Of a stretch of 64,000 bases of DNA, positions 24,701 to 38,600 are shown in pieces; within the stretch, counting starts at the first letter, position 1, and every line of letters begins with the position of its first letter. Location of the stretch: assembly GCA_965153285.1 (NCBI GenBank), contig OZ229115.1; one strand, 5' to 3'. Source of the stretch: Podarcis tiliguerta (taxonomy: Eukaryota). Both the position numbers and the translations under genes were made by a program. The notes below the pieces were generated by a model, which saw nothing but the letters and a program-made list of their open reading frames with translations, was not told the DNA's origin and did not search any database.

Positions 24701-25221
24701 CACTCAAAGTCCATTTACGACAAATAGATTTGAGATAAATAGATGTAGAAAAGAAAGAAAGAAAACCCCAGAACACCTGCAATGTATAAGGTACTCTTCA
24801 CATTCAGACTGAAAAGGATGAGGAGCATCTGCCCAGCAACCAAAGACATGTTCAATGAAAACTGAACAAGATACATGTTACACAATGGAAACAGAATGTA
24901 TGAACAATTGCTTTATCTGAGATACTAAGAGGGTACATGTCCTGAATAATGCATTTTTCTAAAACACTCAAATAAACATCCTGATGATTGGCGCCCACTG
25001 ACGATGCATTAGTCTTCTGTTAAGGGGGGAGGAGGGTGGGAATGGGGGAAAACCAATTGTTCTGTTGATGTCATGCTTATATTTTTGAAAACTAATACAA
25101 ATCTTTTAAAAAGAAAAAAGAAAGGTGGGCAAGATAGCAAGGTTACTGCTATTTTTTTTAGTGCAGCAGGCTACACATCTGAGGTCCTCTTCGGGCAATA
25201 CTTTGCTCTGCCACCATTTTT

Positions 25222-25260
25222 CACACACACACATACACACACACACAGAGAGAGAGAGAG
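25222..25260 (+). repeat. (CA)n(GA)n microsatellite
   Basis: Directly visible. Confidence 0.9.
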
Positions 25261-27076
25261 CACAGAAAGATTAGAAGGAAACCTCAGGCTTGTATACTCT
25301 GTCCCTTACTCTCTTTACCACAAGATGAAAACACTCAAATTGAGAGCTCCCTGCATTATTTGAATCTGTTATCTTCTCTGATCCAGGAAGTTTAAAACTC
25401 TCCTTAAAATATTGTTCATTGCCCCACATCCCACCTTGTACTGTTTATGGGTTTGGGGCAGCAATCATATTGTGACAAAAGTGGGGGGGGGGGGAGGGAG
25501 AGGGAGAGGGGATGCAATGAGACATAGCATAGCCACTGCAAATTGCTTCAGGACTGAAATGTGAAAATCTTATGTGAAAGGCATAAACCTGGCCTAATCC
25601 ATGGAGAATAATGGAACCAGATGGCTTCTGAAGCAGCTTTTCATACGGAGTTTGTTTGCAAGCCATACAAAGTGCATAATGTTAGGTATATTATACTTAT
25701 CATATTATATTTCCATCATTATTTATTTTATATAACAATTTTTATTTTCATAAAAATAAAATAGAAATATTGATACAGATAATATCTGTCCAGAAAGAAG
25801 GTTACAACCATAAAATTCATGATACAACATTTAGGATTTCTTGGCAAATTCTTTCATTCCAGTACAAGAAGGATCTTCAACTGTCCATGACTGTAGGTTG
25901 AATAATTTCTCAAAGTCTTTTAACACAAGTAATTTTTTTTATCATCACCAAGGTCTGCTGGGCACTTCAGAGCCCATTGTCCCAAGTCGGCAAGTTTGAT
26001 TTCTTCAAACATTTTCCATAATTTTTGATGCTCTTTTAAACAACAGCTGCTGAAATACCAATAAACTAGTTTCTATACCCCTTTCCCAGCTGCAAATACC
26101 ACTGTGTGGTATCTTGAAAACTATAAGTAAAGGCACTAATGGAGGCACTTATTTTCATATAGTCTTGTGGTCATTTTGCGACCAAGATTAAATAGCAAAA
26201 GGGGCTTAACTAAACAAAATAAAACTAAGATCAGTAGCAAACGAAAGCAAAGAAAGGCTCCACTTTTTGGAAGTATGAATACAGTACGACAATGTGCTGT
26301 GTGGCCTTGCAGTCTGGGGTTCAGTGTCTGCACTGTGCATAGTAGCTGAGAGGAAAGGGGTTGTTCTGATGAAGATGCAACCAAGTGGGTTATTTTCACA
26401 TTCTTCTTTTCAGGTAAAATAGTGGGGCAAGCTGCTCCACCACTACAACTCCCCACCTCCCGGCCCCCCGCCACCCATCTCATGACAGGAGCTGCTCTGG
26501 CTGAATTGTTTGCAGATGTCGGTTTCAGACTAAATGCGCAGCCAGGCCCCCTGTGCACTGGGCAGGAGAGAAAGGAAGGCTTCAAGTTTCCCCCACTTGT
26601 TGCTGCTGCCCTGAAATTAACCCATGCTGCAGCTTTCTAAGTTCAGCTGCTACTGACCTTGTCTCTGAAGTAAAGTCGCTCAAGACATGTGGAAAAATGA
26701 GAAGAATGTCAGCGATGAATTCAGGCTATGTGTCTGCTCTGCAGCTTTCGCCAGCAGATTACGGTAATTACCATAACACCCTTATGGACAGTTTCATGGG
26801 CATTATCCTTTGGTATAATGAAGTGCAGTCATGCAATGTGCTTTCTGAATCTTCGGGGCCTGCAGGTTTAGGGTAGGGAAAATCTGTTGCGCTCAGGACT
26901 GTGAACCTCACCAATCTTGCCTCTGCTCAGTATGTGACTCACAATCGGGATAAATTCTGGGGCCAGCATTTGAAACGGGGAAATGATAGCATTGTCGAAA
27001 TATGCAATTTACTAGTCAGACTACAATCTAGCGCTATATACCCCCTTCACTTGTTACCCATTATCTCCTACCGTAC

Positions 27077-27301
27077 CAGTAATCCTCAGTGCTTCCACCC
27101 CTGGTGTATATAGGGCCCTCCAGCTCTCTTGGTCCTGGGAAGACATTCTCGTGTTGTATGATTATAGTTTTGATGAGCTCATTGACATGGGCTTGGCAGG
27201 AGACCTGATCGTGGCCTTCAGGCACTGACATCAGCGTGGGCCCAAAGCAGATGGCTAAATTGTAGGGGTCCATCATGTTGTCTTCACTGAACTGAGATAA
27301 A
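27077..27301 (-). CDS. SRGAP2: SRGAP2 coding exon, end of RhoGAP
   Basis: ctgcag|T...TAC TG|gtacgg; 225 nt, phase 2/2; LSQFSEDNMMDPYNLAICFGPTLMSVPEGHDQ...GGSTEDY. Confidence 0.97.
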
Positions 27302-28589
27302 CTGCAGAAGACAGGAAGGAATGAGAAGAAGAGGGTGAATTAGGAGCAATGATACCTACAGTACAGAGCGAATTGCTAAAATGAAGGGAGGTTAGCTCTG
27401 CTTGCTCGGGTTTTAAAACTTGATCTCATGTGGCAAGAATGTCTTGAGGCTACTTAGGAAAAAAGGACCACCACCCTCAACAGTAATGGTATTTACCAAA
27501 AGAACGGCGAGTTTTTCTGGCTGTACCGCCTTGGATCAAATTCAGTTTTGTTTGCATAGATGGTGCTTCTCTGATCATTTGCACTGAATGCATATTCAGA
27601 GCACTTCCCTGCTGACTAGCGCATTGATTTCTTTATTAAGCAGCCAGCCTCTTTTCCATTTTCTGAACATCCCTTCAATTAACACGTAGGGCATTTGTTA
27701 AAAGCGTGTGTGCATGTGTTGGGAAGAGTCATCATCATCTAGCTCCCTTTTAAGGAGGCTTATTCTCCGTGCCGATTGAATGCTGTTGCCAGGGATTTAT
27801 TTCTTGGCATGTCGTTCAGTGCACCCTGCCTGGATAGCAGCTGCAGAAGCAACACCTCCTATCCAGCCAAGAAACAGATGAAAGTGTGACTGAGCCACGG
27901 TGCCGCATGGTTCACAGCACAAGGCTGCAAAGAACCTGGCAACCAGCACACCCCTCTGGCTTTTTCCATTTGCACCCTTCCTCACAGCCAACATTTATCT
28001 CTCTTTCAGCTGCCCAAGAACTGCTGAGAATGCTAAAATGCCATGCCAACATTCAAAATGGAATGTCAGTCATGGGTATTTTGAGCATCTGTCAGTGTAA
28101 CGCAGTGAAAATGTTTGAAGTTAAACAAGGCTCAGAGGGACAACTTTGCTTTGAAAGGTTGGGGGATCTCACGAACCCCACCTTACTGTGGCTGCCTGGG
28201 GTATTATGTTTGCCACTGCCAAGAGCATGCAATTCAAGTGCTGCTGTTTAACCCTTGTAACCCACCAAAAGGCAAAACAAAAGACCTCTCTGCCCCACAC
28301 TTACGTCATTTAAACAATTTATATGCCGCTTAGCTACAAGAGTCGTTTGCAAAGAATGCAACACGGAAAATAAAAACCAGTTAAAATTAAACTTCAATTT
28401 AAATGGCTGCTGGAACAACAAAATAGGCAGGGCCTCCCTAACCTCATCTGCAAGGGAGTGCCATGAAACTGTCCCTACAATACTAAACAATATAGCTTCT
28501 GGTGGATATGAGCTGGGCATCTGAGCCATGACTCCACAATGATCAGGCAGGGACAAAAGAGATTAGGCAATTCTTGAGGTACCCTGGGC

Positions 28590-28855
28590 TCCGATTGTTA
28601 AAGGCCTTGTAAATTAATAAAAAAAAATATTAATTTTTTGGCCTGGTAGTGTATGGGCAACCAATGCAGACTTCTGAGCACTGAAATTACGTGTTTACGA
28701 TAGTTTGTCCCCATTGACAATTTAGCTGCAGCATTTTTCACCAGCTAGAGCCTCTGGACTAGGCCCAAGAGTAACCTCACGTAGAGCGCATAACAATAAT
28801 CAAGTCTTGCCAATGCATTGATCACTGTAGCCAGACTATCCTTGTCCAATGAAAG
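28590..28855 (-). mobile_element. L2 LINE ORF2 fragment
   Basis: Minus translation ARLDYCYALYV...LVKNAAAKL...VLRSLHWLPI, matching L2 RLDYCN...QNAAAR...LHWLP motifs. Confidence 0.85.
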
Positions 28856-29371
28856 CTGTATGCAGTTCTCTTTCCACCAAGGCCCATCAAAACTCTTTTA
28901 CAAGCATTCATCTGAACATGTGAGGCTTAAAAAAATGTGTAGATCGGTGCGGGACACATATGCAAACTAAGATCCCCAAGAACTCGGGCTCCTCCAAGAC
29001 CTTTGTGTGTTTGGCTGAACATGCATAGGAACCTTGTCACGATAAGGAACCCTGCCTTATTACTGCTCTTCACTGGGCAAAGGCTTCTAAGCATGATCAT
29101 CCAAATCCCACATGGACATCTCTGCTGAATGCACAAAGGTTGGAAAGGAATCCACATGCAGGGCTGGGGACACAGGGTGGGGCTTGCAAGCATGACTACA
29201 TGCTCTACATAATTTTAACTGTCACATGTTCAAGCAAATGCCCAAAGGAAGCTGGAGTCTCAGTTTCCTTTGCAAGCATTTAATTAAGTTTCTGGAAATA
29301 AGGTTTTAAGTGGGGGGGGAGAGATATAGAATAAAGCTTGATTTTTAACCAGATATGTTATCACATACTTC

Positions 29372-29626
29372 ATTCCGGGTCATGTGACCAGCATGACTAA
29401 GCCGCTTCTGGCGAAACCAGAGCAGCTCACAGAAACACCGTTTACCTTCCCGCTGGGGCAGTACCTATTTATCTACTTGCATTTTTTGATGTGCTTTTGA
29501 ACTGCTAGGTTGGCAGGAGCTGGGACCGAACAACGGGAGCTCACCCTGTCGTGGGGATTCAAACCACCGACCTTCCAATCAGCAAGCCCAAGGCTCAGTG
29601 GTTTACACCACAGCGCCACCCGCATC
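29372..29626 (-). mobile_element. Sauria SINE, 3'-truncated and diverged
   Basis: Aligns by eye to the 5' part of the 52273-52641 copy (GGTGGCGCTGTGG A box; tttaccttcccgc, cctatttatctacttgca). Confidence 0.9.
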
Positions 29627-30758
29627 ATATTTAGGGCAAGCTAAATATTAACTCTGCTATATGAACAAAATATGAACTCTGCTAGCTAGCAACATCCAGT
29701 GGCTGGCACCTGCTTTTTTAGCCCCTCATGTTCATACACGGGATTCTCAAAACCAAACTCCTTCCCTCCAATGTTGGTATTGTCCCTTGTTTAGAACCCC
29801 TCCAAAGCTATCTACTGGCCAAATTAAAATGCAAAGTGGGAAGAGTGAGTGTCTTGCGTGGTAATGGCGTTTTCTAAACGGTCAGGTTTGTGTGATTAAA
29901 TCTTAAAAGCAAATTGCATCAATTTGGGCATTTCAGGGCACCAAGTTAATGGTTAAGCACAAAACAAGGTTATTTGATGGCTGGACAATTCTTCTTGAAA
30001 CAAACACAGTTTTCCAGTCCAGTTCTTTGAATAATGAGACACTATTAGGGGCGGAAGCAGCCATTCACTTCAGTGACTTAGAAGCGGCATCTGAGGGAAG
30101 GGAATCCCAAGGCATGGAAGAATTTCCTAACACTGCTGTGGAAAGTTCTGTTCCTGAGCTGCAGGAAGTGGGGTCTTTCCTATCTAACACTATCTGGAGG
30201 GGTGGCAGGACAATGACACACTTTGTGGGGATATGGTTTTGAATTTTCCAGGCCGCAATCAAGACCTCATTGTTTTCCAAAGCAATACTACAGGAAGTCT
30301 CAAGACAGGCCTTATTTCATCCGAACAAAAATTCTCCAGTACCCTGAAACGATGGCTGTCCCTAAAAGGTAGCTCTTTTAGCAAGATTTCCCCTTAGAAA
30401 CAGGCAATACTGGTCATGGAGATTTTTGCCAACAGAATGCTACCTGAGCAAGAAAAAAAGCCCACAGGTTGGCAGTAAAAATACAAGTGATATTCAGAGA
30501 TGAGCTCAAGCACAGGCTCCAACTAAAAAGAAACAAATGCTTTACACTTAAGTGATCAGGAACTCAGTTTTCTGCACAATCTGAATGACTGGGAGAGCCT
30601 CTTTCTTGCAGGTCTCATGGAAGCCTTCACACAAAGGGTGGAGAGTCATCTCTTGAGGCTTCTGGACTCCTTGAACCAAGCAAGGCCCACCAACTCTATG
30701 ATTCTTACTTGGCAAACCAACACTACAGACCTATCTGTTGTGCTTGAGGAATACTTAC

Positions 30759-30864
30759 TGATTGAGGAATGCAAAGAGGTATCTCATTACAATCAAAGTG
30801 GTTTTAGGCAAAGTCAGGAGGACTTTCCGGATGTGTAGAGCTCTCTCCTGCAGATTGTCCATTG
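30759..30864 (-). CDS. SRGAP2: SRGAP2 coding exon, RhoGAP
   Basis: cccag|CA...AAT CA|gtaagt; 106 nt, phase 1/2; MDNLQERALHIRKVLLTLPKTTLIVMRYLFAFLN. Confidence 0.97.
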
Positions 30865-32932
30865 CTGGGAGGAAGGAGAAAAAAGAGCAGCAGCTGCTGT
30901 TTAATCACACAATAAGTGGCATTGCAATATCTATGGAAACTTTACATTGCTACTTTTGAGTACTGTTTCATATTTATACGGGTGCAGGAAAAATCCAATG
31001 CATGAAGACTGTGCCAAAGTCTATTTTATCACATGGGAAGTGAGAACTTACTGCCACCTGCAGCCCCTCAAGATGACACATGAAATAAAACAGAAATGTG
31101 ACTTCAGTGTCATTTGTGAAATGACCCTTAATTGGGGGTCGGATGGGGGGGAAAGGCAACAAAAGCAACTTGGAAGGAAAGGGTCTGAGCAGTTCTTGAA
31201 AACATTCATGAAGCCCTGCACAGAAGATGACAGAGGCATGATTTCCTATCTGTTATGAAAAAGGTCCTTCAAAGCAGATGAGAAATTTATCTTCAAGGTC
31301 CATGCAGTGTGGGTGAATTGAGTGTTGTATGTTGCACAAGCCACAACACAATAGCCCATTAAAGTTAGCTCTGTAAGGTGGGTGTCTTAAGCAAAACCTT
31401 TGGCACAGTATTCCACAGATAGATTAACATAACTGGAGGGTGAGGTAAAGAGCTCTGTCTGAAGCAGTCTAATGGGAAAAAAGTGGGCAGCATATATCCT
31501 TGGCTCTGGAAGTCCAGAATTATTTGGCAACAGACTGCTCTTTTCATCTAACAGGAGCAAAACTGTGTAGACTAATTTGCAGGGAGAATGAAACCACAGA
31601 TCCTTTTAAAAGGAGCTCTCCTACATGCTACTTCAAAGGCTGCTTCCATCACTGACATTCTTACACTCGGACAATGGATTCATTGTTTGCTCTCTGAATG
31701 AGTCAGGGGGAGTTCATTGCAAACTTGAAGTCATAAGAACATTAAAAAGCACCCTTGAAATGATAAAGTTGTACGTTAACAGCTTAACTAGTTGAAAGTC
31801 ATTTTCTATGTTCTGTACAGAAACACCATAAGGAATTGACTCTTATGGTTATGGAAGGTACCCGGCCAAAAAAAAACACAGCTGCTGGGTTTCTAAATAT
31901 ACATACAGCCCAAGACACATTGCAACTACTGTGTCTTCAAACAGTATAGACAGCAAGTTCTCTCCCCCCGCCTTTTCTTTCTTTTTTTAAGGGTGAGTCA
32001 ACTAGGAGACTTCCTGTACTGCTTGTCGGTCAGTTTCTCTTTAACATTAGTATTTCCCTGATGTTTCATTAGTAGTTCTAATCTGTTAATTGCTATGGGA
32101 TTCTGGGCTGAAAGGCAATATAGAAAACATTTTAAATGAATTAATACAATACACATATTGATGACTTAACTGTCAACAGGCCTTGGCTAATGAGAAGCAA
32201 ACAGAAAGAGGTCCTCTTTCTAACTCTTGTTCTGCGTTTAATGTTGCCACCTCAGCAACAAACTGGGGTATCAAATTATAGTAGGTTCTGATACAACCTT
32301 GTACAATTCTGGTTTCTTGCTCATTTTCCTTGAGATACTATCAAAGTATCAGGGAATGTTCTAAGAAGCCAGCAGCATGGTTTCAGAGAGATAGCTGAAG
32401 TCTTACAAGTGCTGGGGGGGGGGGGAGTGTAAAGAGGGGAGATTGTGTAGACACAGAGGATGGATAATGAGCAAGTTCCCACAGATATATAAAAAAGGCT
32501 GAACTATGTAAGATGTTATCATTAACTGACTTTTATGGGGGCGGAGGGCACAGAGAGAAAAATGTCAGAAGGTGCAAGAATCTTTATTATATGTATTATA
32601 GAAAATGTGCTTTGTGCCAGATATATTAAGAATTCTGTCTGAAGAAGAGCACGTTCAATTTTTGTTGGGGTTAGATTTTGCATCGGTGAATGGCATTAAC
32701 ATTTTGATTATTGTTTTCATGCATTAAAATTGTCATTTTAACATATCTCCTGAAGAAAAACATTTCTGCTTCGATGCACATTAGAATATGTGTTACCTTC
32801 TACGTTAAATATTTTTACACCTTTGTGGTTTGCTACTCATTCTGTCACTCGGCAGGGGCAGCTATCTCCTTGTGTTGTGTTTCTTTGCATGCCTTATCTT
32901 CAACTGACTCATTTCATCCTTGTGCTACTTAC

Positions 32933-33067
32933 TGACACAGGCAATCAGGTCATGAAAGATTTCCTTGGGGAAGAGGGGATGCTCTAGCCCACGAAAGTAG
33001 AGCTTTAGTACACCTGCTATCGAGTCCATATCATGGTCATTTTGATCTCCAGCCAGTGGATCCTCCC
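32933..33067 (-). CDS. SRGAP2: SRGAP2 coding exon, RhoGAP
   Basis: accag|GG...GTC A|gtaagt; 135 nt, phase 1/1; EDPLAGDQNDHDMDSIAGVLKLYFRGLEHPLFPKEIFHDLIACV. Confidence 0.97.
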
Positions 33068-33371
33068 CTGGTTACCACAAAACAAGAAGGACAAGAGAAC
33101 AAACAGAAAAGGTGCACATTAACAAAATAAAATAAGTAGTAATCTATCAGAAGCTTGAACCTCAGAGAAGGAGAAATAACAGGCAGGAGCCCAAGTGGCT
33201 CATAATATGTAACCTATAATGATTTCAAACACCCCTCCCCTCCCCCCCCCATAGGTATCCAACAAAAGATTCTATGTAAGTACATTGGGTAAGCAACACC
33301 TCTCAGCAGCCCCAACTCCTATCCAAAGACAGTCAACAAAAGGTTAACATATGTACATGGGGCAACAGAAG

Positions 33372-33501
33372 ACAGCATGGTGCAGATAACACCAAGGTTG
33401 CAGGTTTGATCCCCGTATGCAATAGCTGCATATTCCTGCATTGCAGGGGGTTGGACTAGATGATCCTCAGGGTCCCTTCCAACTCTACAGTTCTATGATT
33501 C
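33372..33501 (+). mobile_element. Short SINE with tRNA-like head and CR1 3' tail
   Basis: gcatggtgcagataacaccaaggttgcaggtttgatcccc (B-box-like) + ggttggactagatgatcc..ggtcccttccaactctacagttctatgattct. Confidence 0.8.
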
Positions 33502-34743
33502 TAAGTTGCAACATGTAGGCCCTTCCGTCTTTCAGCAGAGCTGAGTTGCTGTGCTTCCAGTAGAGTCTTACATGCAACTGATGGAAAGCTTGATCACCAG
33601 CCTGCTCAGCTTCAAAGGCAGGTGGTGCTAGACTAGCAAAGCTAACGAAGTGCACGAGCACACAGGTCTCTGGTGTGACTCTTAATCTACTGGAGTTTAT
33701 AGGTTTGGTTTTGGCCAAAGACAAAGGAAAGATTTGCACCGAAGCAGAAAGTCCCAAAGGAGAACTTGCTGTTGGACATAATCAGATTTGATGATGGGGC
33801 AAGCCTTCTCTCATGCTCTCACAGAGATATCCATTACGAGAGAAATAGTCAAGGAACAGCTATTATCTTAACACCACAGAGTATAATAAATAGGCAACTA
33901 TGAATTAGAGCATTATCCCCAATATTAACTGTCACCAAGGGCTCTTGATGAAGTAATAAACTCATATACATTAAGGTTAACTTCATTAGTTTAGTACCTC
34001 ACTGGATTTGAGGCCATGAGCGATGAAATGGGGAAAAAATCAATGTTATGCATGCAAAGATACTAAAACAGTTATCTATTTTCTCTAAGCAGCCTTCCAT
34101 AAATGCTCCATAAAGTGTGACCTTTTGTATCTGACATCCGCCCACCACAAAACAGAATTCCACGAACCCTTATAGATCATCTCTTATTCTCAGGCAAAGG
34201 ACAAATCCACAGCAATCTCCATAACCTCACGACTGATAAAGTTACACACATATGCACTGTTAGCTAGAGGCCCTTTGACACGGGTTGGACATGCTGCTCT
34301 GCTTTTAATAGGCAGATAATTTGAATGTAAAATATTGTGTGATATTAAGACCAGCCTTCCAAGCTGACTGGAGAATACAGGTGCCATGTTTTGGAAAGAA
34401 GAGAATGGTGACTTGAAAGCACCACTCTGTTTTAGTGATAATGGGCTTAAGGTATAGTATATATGATTCTAAGGTAACTAAGGACAACTAAAGGCTCTGT
34501 TTTCTGCTTCCCCTTGCAGCCACCTGTGCCCTCCCAAACTCTTCAGCGTGTTGGGGGTCTACTTAAACAATTTGAGAGGCAGTGTGTGTGAACCACTGGG
34601 GGAAGTGGGAATTGCCCAAGATTGGGCAGACCTTTGAAGTCTTCATTTATGACTTCAGTCTCAACTCGCTTAAACTAATAACCCAGAAGCATGAAGACAC
34701 ATTGCAGAGAATTGTGCAATACAAAAAACCCAACTACTCTTAC

Positions 34744-34821
34744 CTCTCTCAAATGCATTTTTTATATCATTCACCTCAACCTGAGATCCTGACACCCTGA
34801 ATATCCCTTCATGCTGCAGCC
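34744..34821 (-). CDS. SRGAP2: SRGAP2 coding exon, RhoGAP arginine-finger motif
   Basis: tttgcag|GG...AGA G|gtaaga; 78 nt, phase 1/1; (G)LQHEGIFRVSGSQVEVNDIKNAFER. Confidence 0.97.
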
Positions 34822-37803
34822 CTGCAAAGAAAATAAGAGAAATCCATGAAAACAGAAATACCTAAGGAAGAAGAACATTCTTACAACATTCTTACAATCC
34901 TTCCTTCAGTCACTGAAATTCAGTTATCTGTCAAATTCAACAACATGGTGATATAAGAACACGCTAATCCAAATTGAGATGACATCTCATTACCCGACCG
35001 TTAATCCAACTTGTTTGACAGCTAAAATTAATTAAAAGTGGCACACCAGCACTGGTGTAATTAAATCCACAGCAATAAGTTGGCACAATTCATACATTGT
35101 TAAAAAGTATTCGTTTAATTTTTTAAAATTCACTTTAGCATTCAGGAAGCCAATAAGACTGATTTTAATGGCTTCTAAAAGACACACAGCACTGAGGAAG
35201 CATCCATGGTTTCTAGAACAGCAGGGCTCTTAGGGTAGCAATTCTGGAATGAGAAAGATTCTAGAGAGAGAAAGGAAGGGGGCGAGGAATGACATCAAGG
35301 CTTGCTAAACTTATCTTGGCCTGAAAGAGAAACAGATGGCGCACATTTGCACACAGATTGTGCTCTATTAGAGGCAATTCCAAGGAACTACTTTCATAGC
35401 ATCCAGGATGACAAATAACATGTTTGACTCTTATAGATGGTGGTGCCTTCATGGGACATTTCCCGCTCCCAGAAGTTTGAAGTAATCACTGTACTTTAGA
35501 GTGTACTAAGGCATTTACTTTATCATTTTCAAGCATATGAGAGGCGATTCTGTGAAAGATTAGGCCTGGGGAGAAAGGGAGCAAGTGATCATGTGTGTGT
35601 CTTTCCTGAGTGTGTCCTGCTTGCACACCATCACGTGGCTGCAATGGGATGGAGCTTTGTCAACAAATGCTAAATAAGCAAGCCCCAAAAGAACATCGGT
35701 CACCAGCCCCAGCCCTACTCTGCCCCCTTAGGGCCTTTCTCCAACTTGGCATTGACTTCTTCCTTCCTGTCAGGAATCCACCTCCTGCCTGCTTGTAGGA
35801 GTCAGATGATGCTGGAGGCAAAAGCCTGCAGCTTTTCTCTGATGCTTCAAAAGGGTGAGATGGGAGGAGGATCACTTGCAATCTTGTCCAGTGCCGGCGA
35901 TGCTCCTCCAATGATGACGGAGTGTTCCTGAGACCAACAGAAATCACAGAAGAGAGAACACTGGGTGGTTTGTTTGGGTTTTCTTCATTGCTGCCAACAC
36001 CACCACAGCCAGGCTGTTATAAAAGACAATGGAACATTGGCGCAACAAAGGAAACTGGGCGGTTGACTTTCTTCTGCTTTGGTGCAGCTGTTGCTGCTGC
36101 CAAGAAAATCAGCAGAAGGCTGTTGGGCTTCACAGACCACTTGCCTACCCCTGCTCTAATTCTGCATTTCCTGGACAACCAGCATCTTAACGATTGTGTA
36201 ATGTGTCTTCCAAATTAATAATAATTAAGCAATTGTTCAAGAAGTGTTATATACTAACACTACCATCATTGAAAGAGGATTTTGGTAGCATCAATAAATT
36301 TTCACAATGCAAGATGAACTAGATGGCAGTTTTTCAAACGGGGTTCACTCAGACTAGAAAATCAAATTAAGATAAGATTTTGTTGAATCAGCGGCTTGCT
36401 TTGGACACCACACTAAGCCAAACCATGGCTTAGCTGCAAATGTGCAGGTTCCAGGAGAGGAGATTGTGACTGCTGTGCTGCTCTCTGGCAATTCTGCTGC
36501 TGTGTTGTGCTAAGCCAGGGTTTGACTTAGCACGTTGTCCGAACCTGGGGTCATGATTTAGCTCTTCCAGACAACCCATTAGCTGTAAATCACAGTACAA
36601 ACCTTGGTGGGAATGTGGTGCTGAATCAGAATCCTGTGCCTTTCCATGCAGAGCCTTAAAAAACAAAAGGCTAAGCATAGAGAAACAACAGTGCCAAGTC
36701 AATTAAGATGACCGATTTTCTAGACAAAGGTCACACTTCAGGTCATTTAATTAAGATCAATTGTCAAGGCAGAAATTCTAGGGGAATCTATCAAATGGTT
36801 TATAGAAAATACGTTGCTACATAGTATGAAAGAAAAGCAAATCCTAGTGATGGTGGTCCTAAGGCGTTAGGGTAAGGGGCTCTCTACTAGGAAGGATAAT
36901 CCCTCATCACATATCAAGTGCAGACGCTTGTTTGATTCTTCATAATATTTTAGTACCAAAAACAAGAAGGGGATGATAACAGCAGCAGAGGAAATTCATA
37001 TTATCTCCAGTGTAGACGAATCTTGCTTTTATTTAAAGATTACTTAAACCAATGCTAAAAGGAAACAATAAAGGAGATCAGTAGTTTGCTTTCTTATATA
37101 TGAATCCCATAACTGTATAGGAATAATTTTACTGCCCAGGAGTAATCACTAGAGAAATGTTTCTATTCTTACATATGTCCATCCCTAGGCTAGATAAGCC
37201 TCCAGGGAAAATCCCCTTGAGAAAGTAGAAAAGAGAGACTAGAGAAAACTAATAAGAAGAAGAGCTTAAGATAGCTAGATAGACTCACCTGGAACACAGC
37301 TGGCGGGATAACTAAAATGGTACTTAATTTTAATGTTGGATAGTATAATTACAAATATTGTTATCCAGGGAACAGGCTTATGTGAAAGGAGAATTCTCAT
37401 CACTATAAATGGAGAATTATTACTGTTATAAATCCGATTAAACCTTTTCAATACTCAGATCCATACTGAATGAGGGAGAATCTTGGGTGGAAAATCTGGA
37501 GGTGACAGCTAATACCATACCTAATGTTACTTTTTCACAGGAGACAACCACCTACGTTCTACAAACAGCTTAGGAAGTTGAGGTTTGGGGCATGGTGGGC
37601 AAGGATGGGCCAGAAGCTGTTCAGAATTGTTGCTTTAAGACCTTCAACACTATACACAAGTGTAGCCAATGTGATGCCTTGATGCCTTCCAGATGTTGCT
37701 GGACTCCAACTCCCATCAGCCCCAGCCAGCATGGGCCAAACTGACAGGACTTTTAGTCCCAACACCATCTGGTGGATGCCACTTTGGCCATTTATACACC
37801 CCT

Positions 37804-38600
37804 CTTCTTCTTCTTCTTCTTCTTCTTCTTCTTCTTCTTCTTCTTTGGTGATCACTCATAGCCGAGTAAGATTGTCTTCCATAAACAAGGTTTTAACAAT
37901 GAGTCCGTAATCTCGCCCAACTCTTGCATTAAAATCACCCAGGAGGCTAATTTCATCTTCCTTAGGCATCTCTGATAGGACGGTATCCAGCTGAGAGTAA
38001 CATTCTTCTTTAATGTCTTCATCAGCATCCAGTGTTGGTGCATAAGTGCTTATAATAGTAGCCTGTTGGTTCTTGGTGAGCTTTATTTGAAGGGTTGAGA
38101 GTCGCTCATTAATGCCGGTAGGGACTTCTGACAGGAGCTTCACAAGGTCATTTTTGATAGCAAAGCCTACCCCATGTATTCAATGTTCTTGTTCAGATAG
38201 ACCTTTCCAGAAAAAGCCTCCTTTTTCTTCCTTCAGTTGTCCCTCACCTGCTCCTCGAGCCTCTTAAAGCGCTGCAATATCGATGTTAAAACGTCACAGC
38301 TCTCTTGCAATGATGGCAGTTCTGTGTTCAAGACATTTGCTGTCTGTATTATTTGACAATGACAATATTCCATGTTCCAAAGTTGAATTGTCTTTTACGA
38401 CCGCTAGGTGGTGACTCCACTGGGCACGGTAATCCAGTCAGGGAAAAAGGGGGGCAGACTATGTTTAGGGCACCTTTTCTAGCTCCTCCCCCCTTTTGGG
38501 GTGAGCAGAGTGGATCCTAAAAAGGGATGCTCAGTCATGGATACAGCTGCCGAGCTGCTCAACTGCCTTGTTCCTTGAGTCAGAACGACTGAATCTGTGG
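37804..38600 (-). mobile_element. RTE-clade LINE derivative: 5'UTR + APE endonuclease remnant + 3' end with (GAA)n tail
   Basis: FNFGTWNI..., GVGFAIK, ATIISTYAPTLDADEDIKEECYSQLD...LLGDFNARVG; (CTT)n at 37804-37844; 5' boundary approximate. Confidence 0.88.

Noticed and set aside
26658-26859. 202-nt pseudo-exon (ctgcag|...AAG|gtcagt) with an early stop
   Set aside because: Mediocre pyrimidine tract; such AG/GT pairs are common in introns and there is no independent support
37559-37855. Poly-Glu ORF
   Set aside because: Translation of the (GAA)n tail of the RTE element
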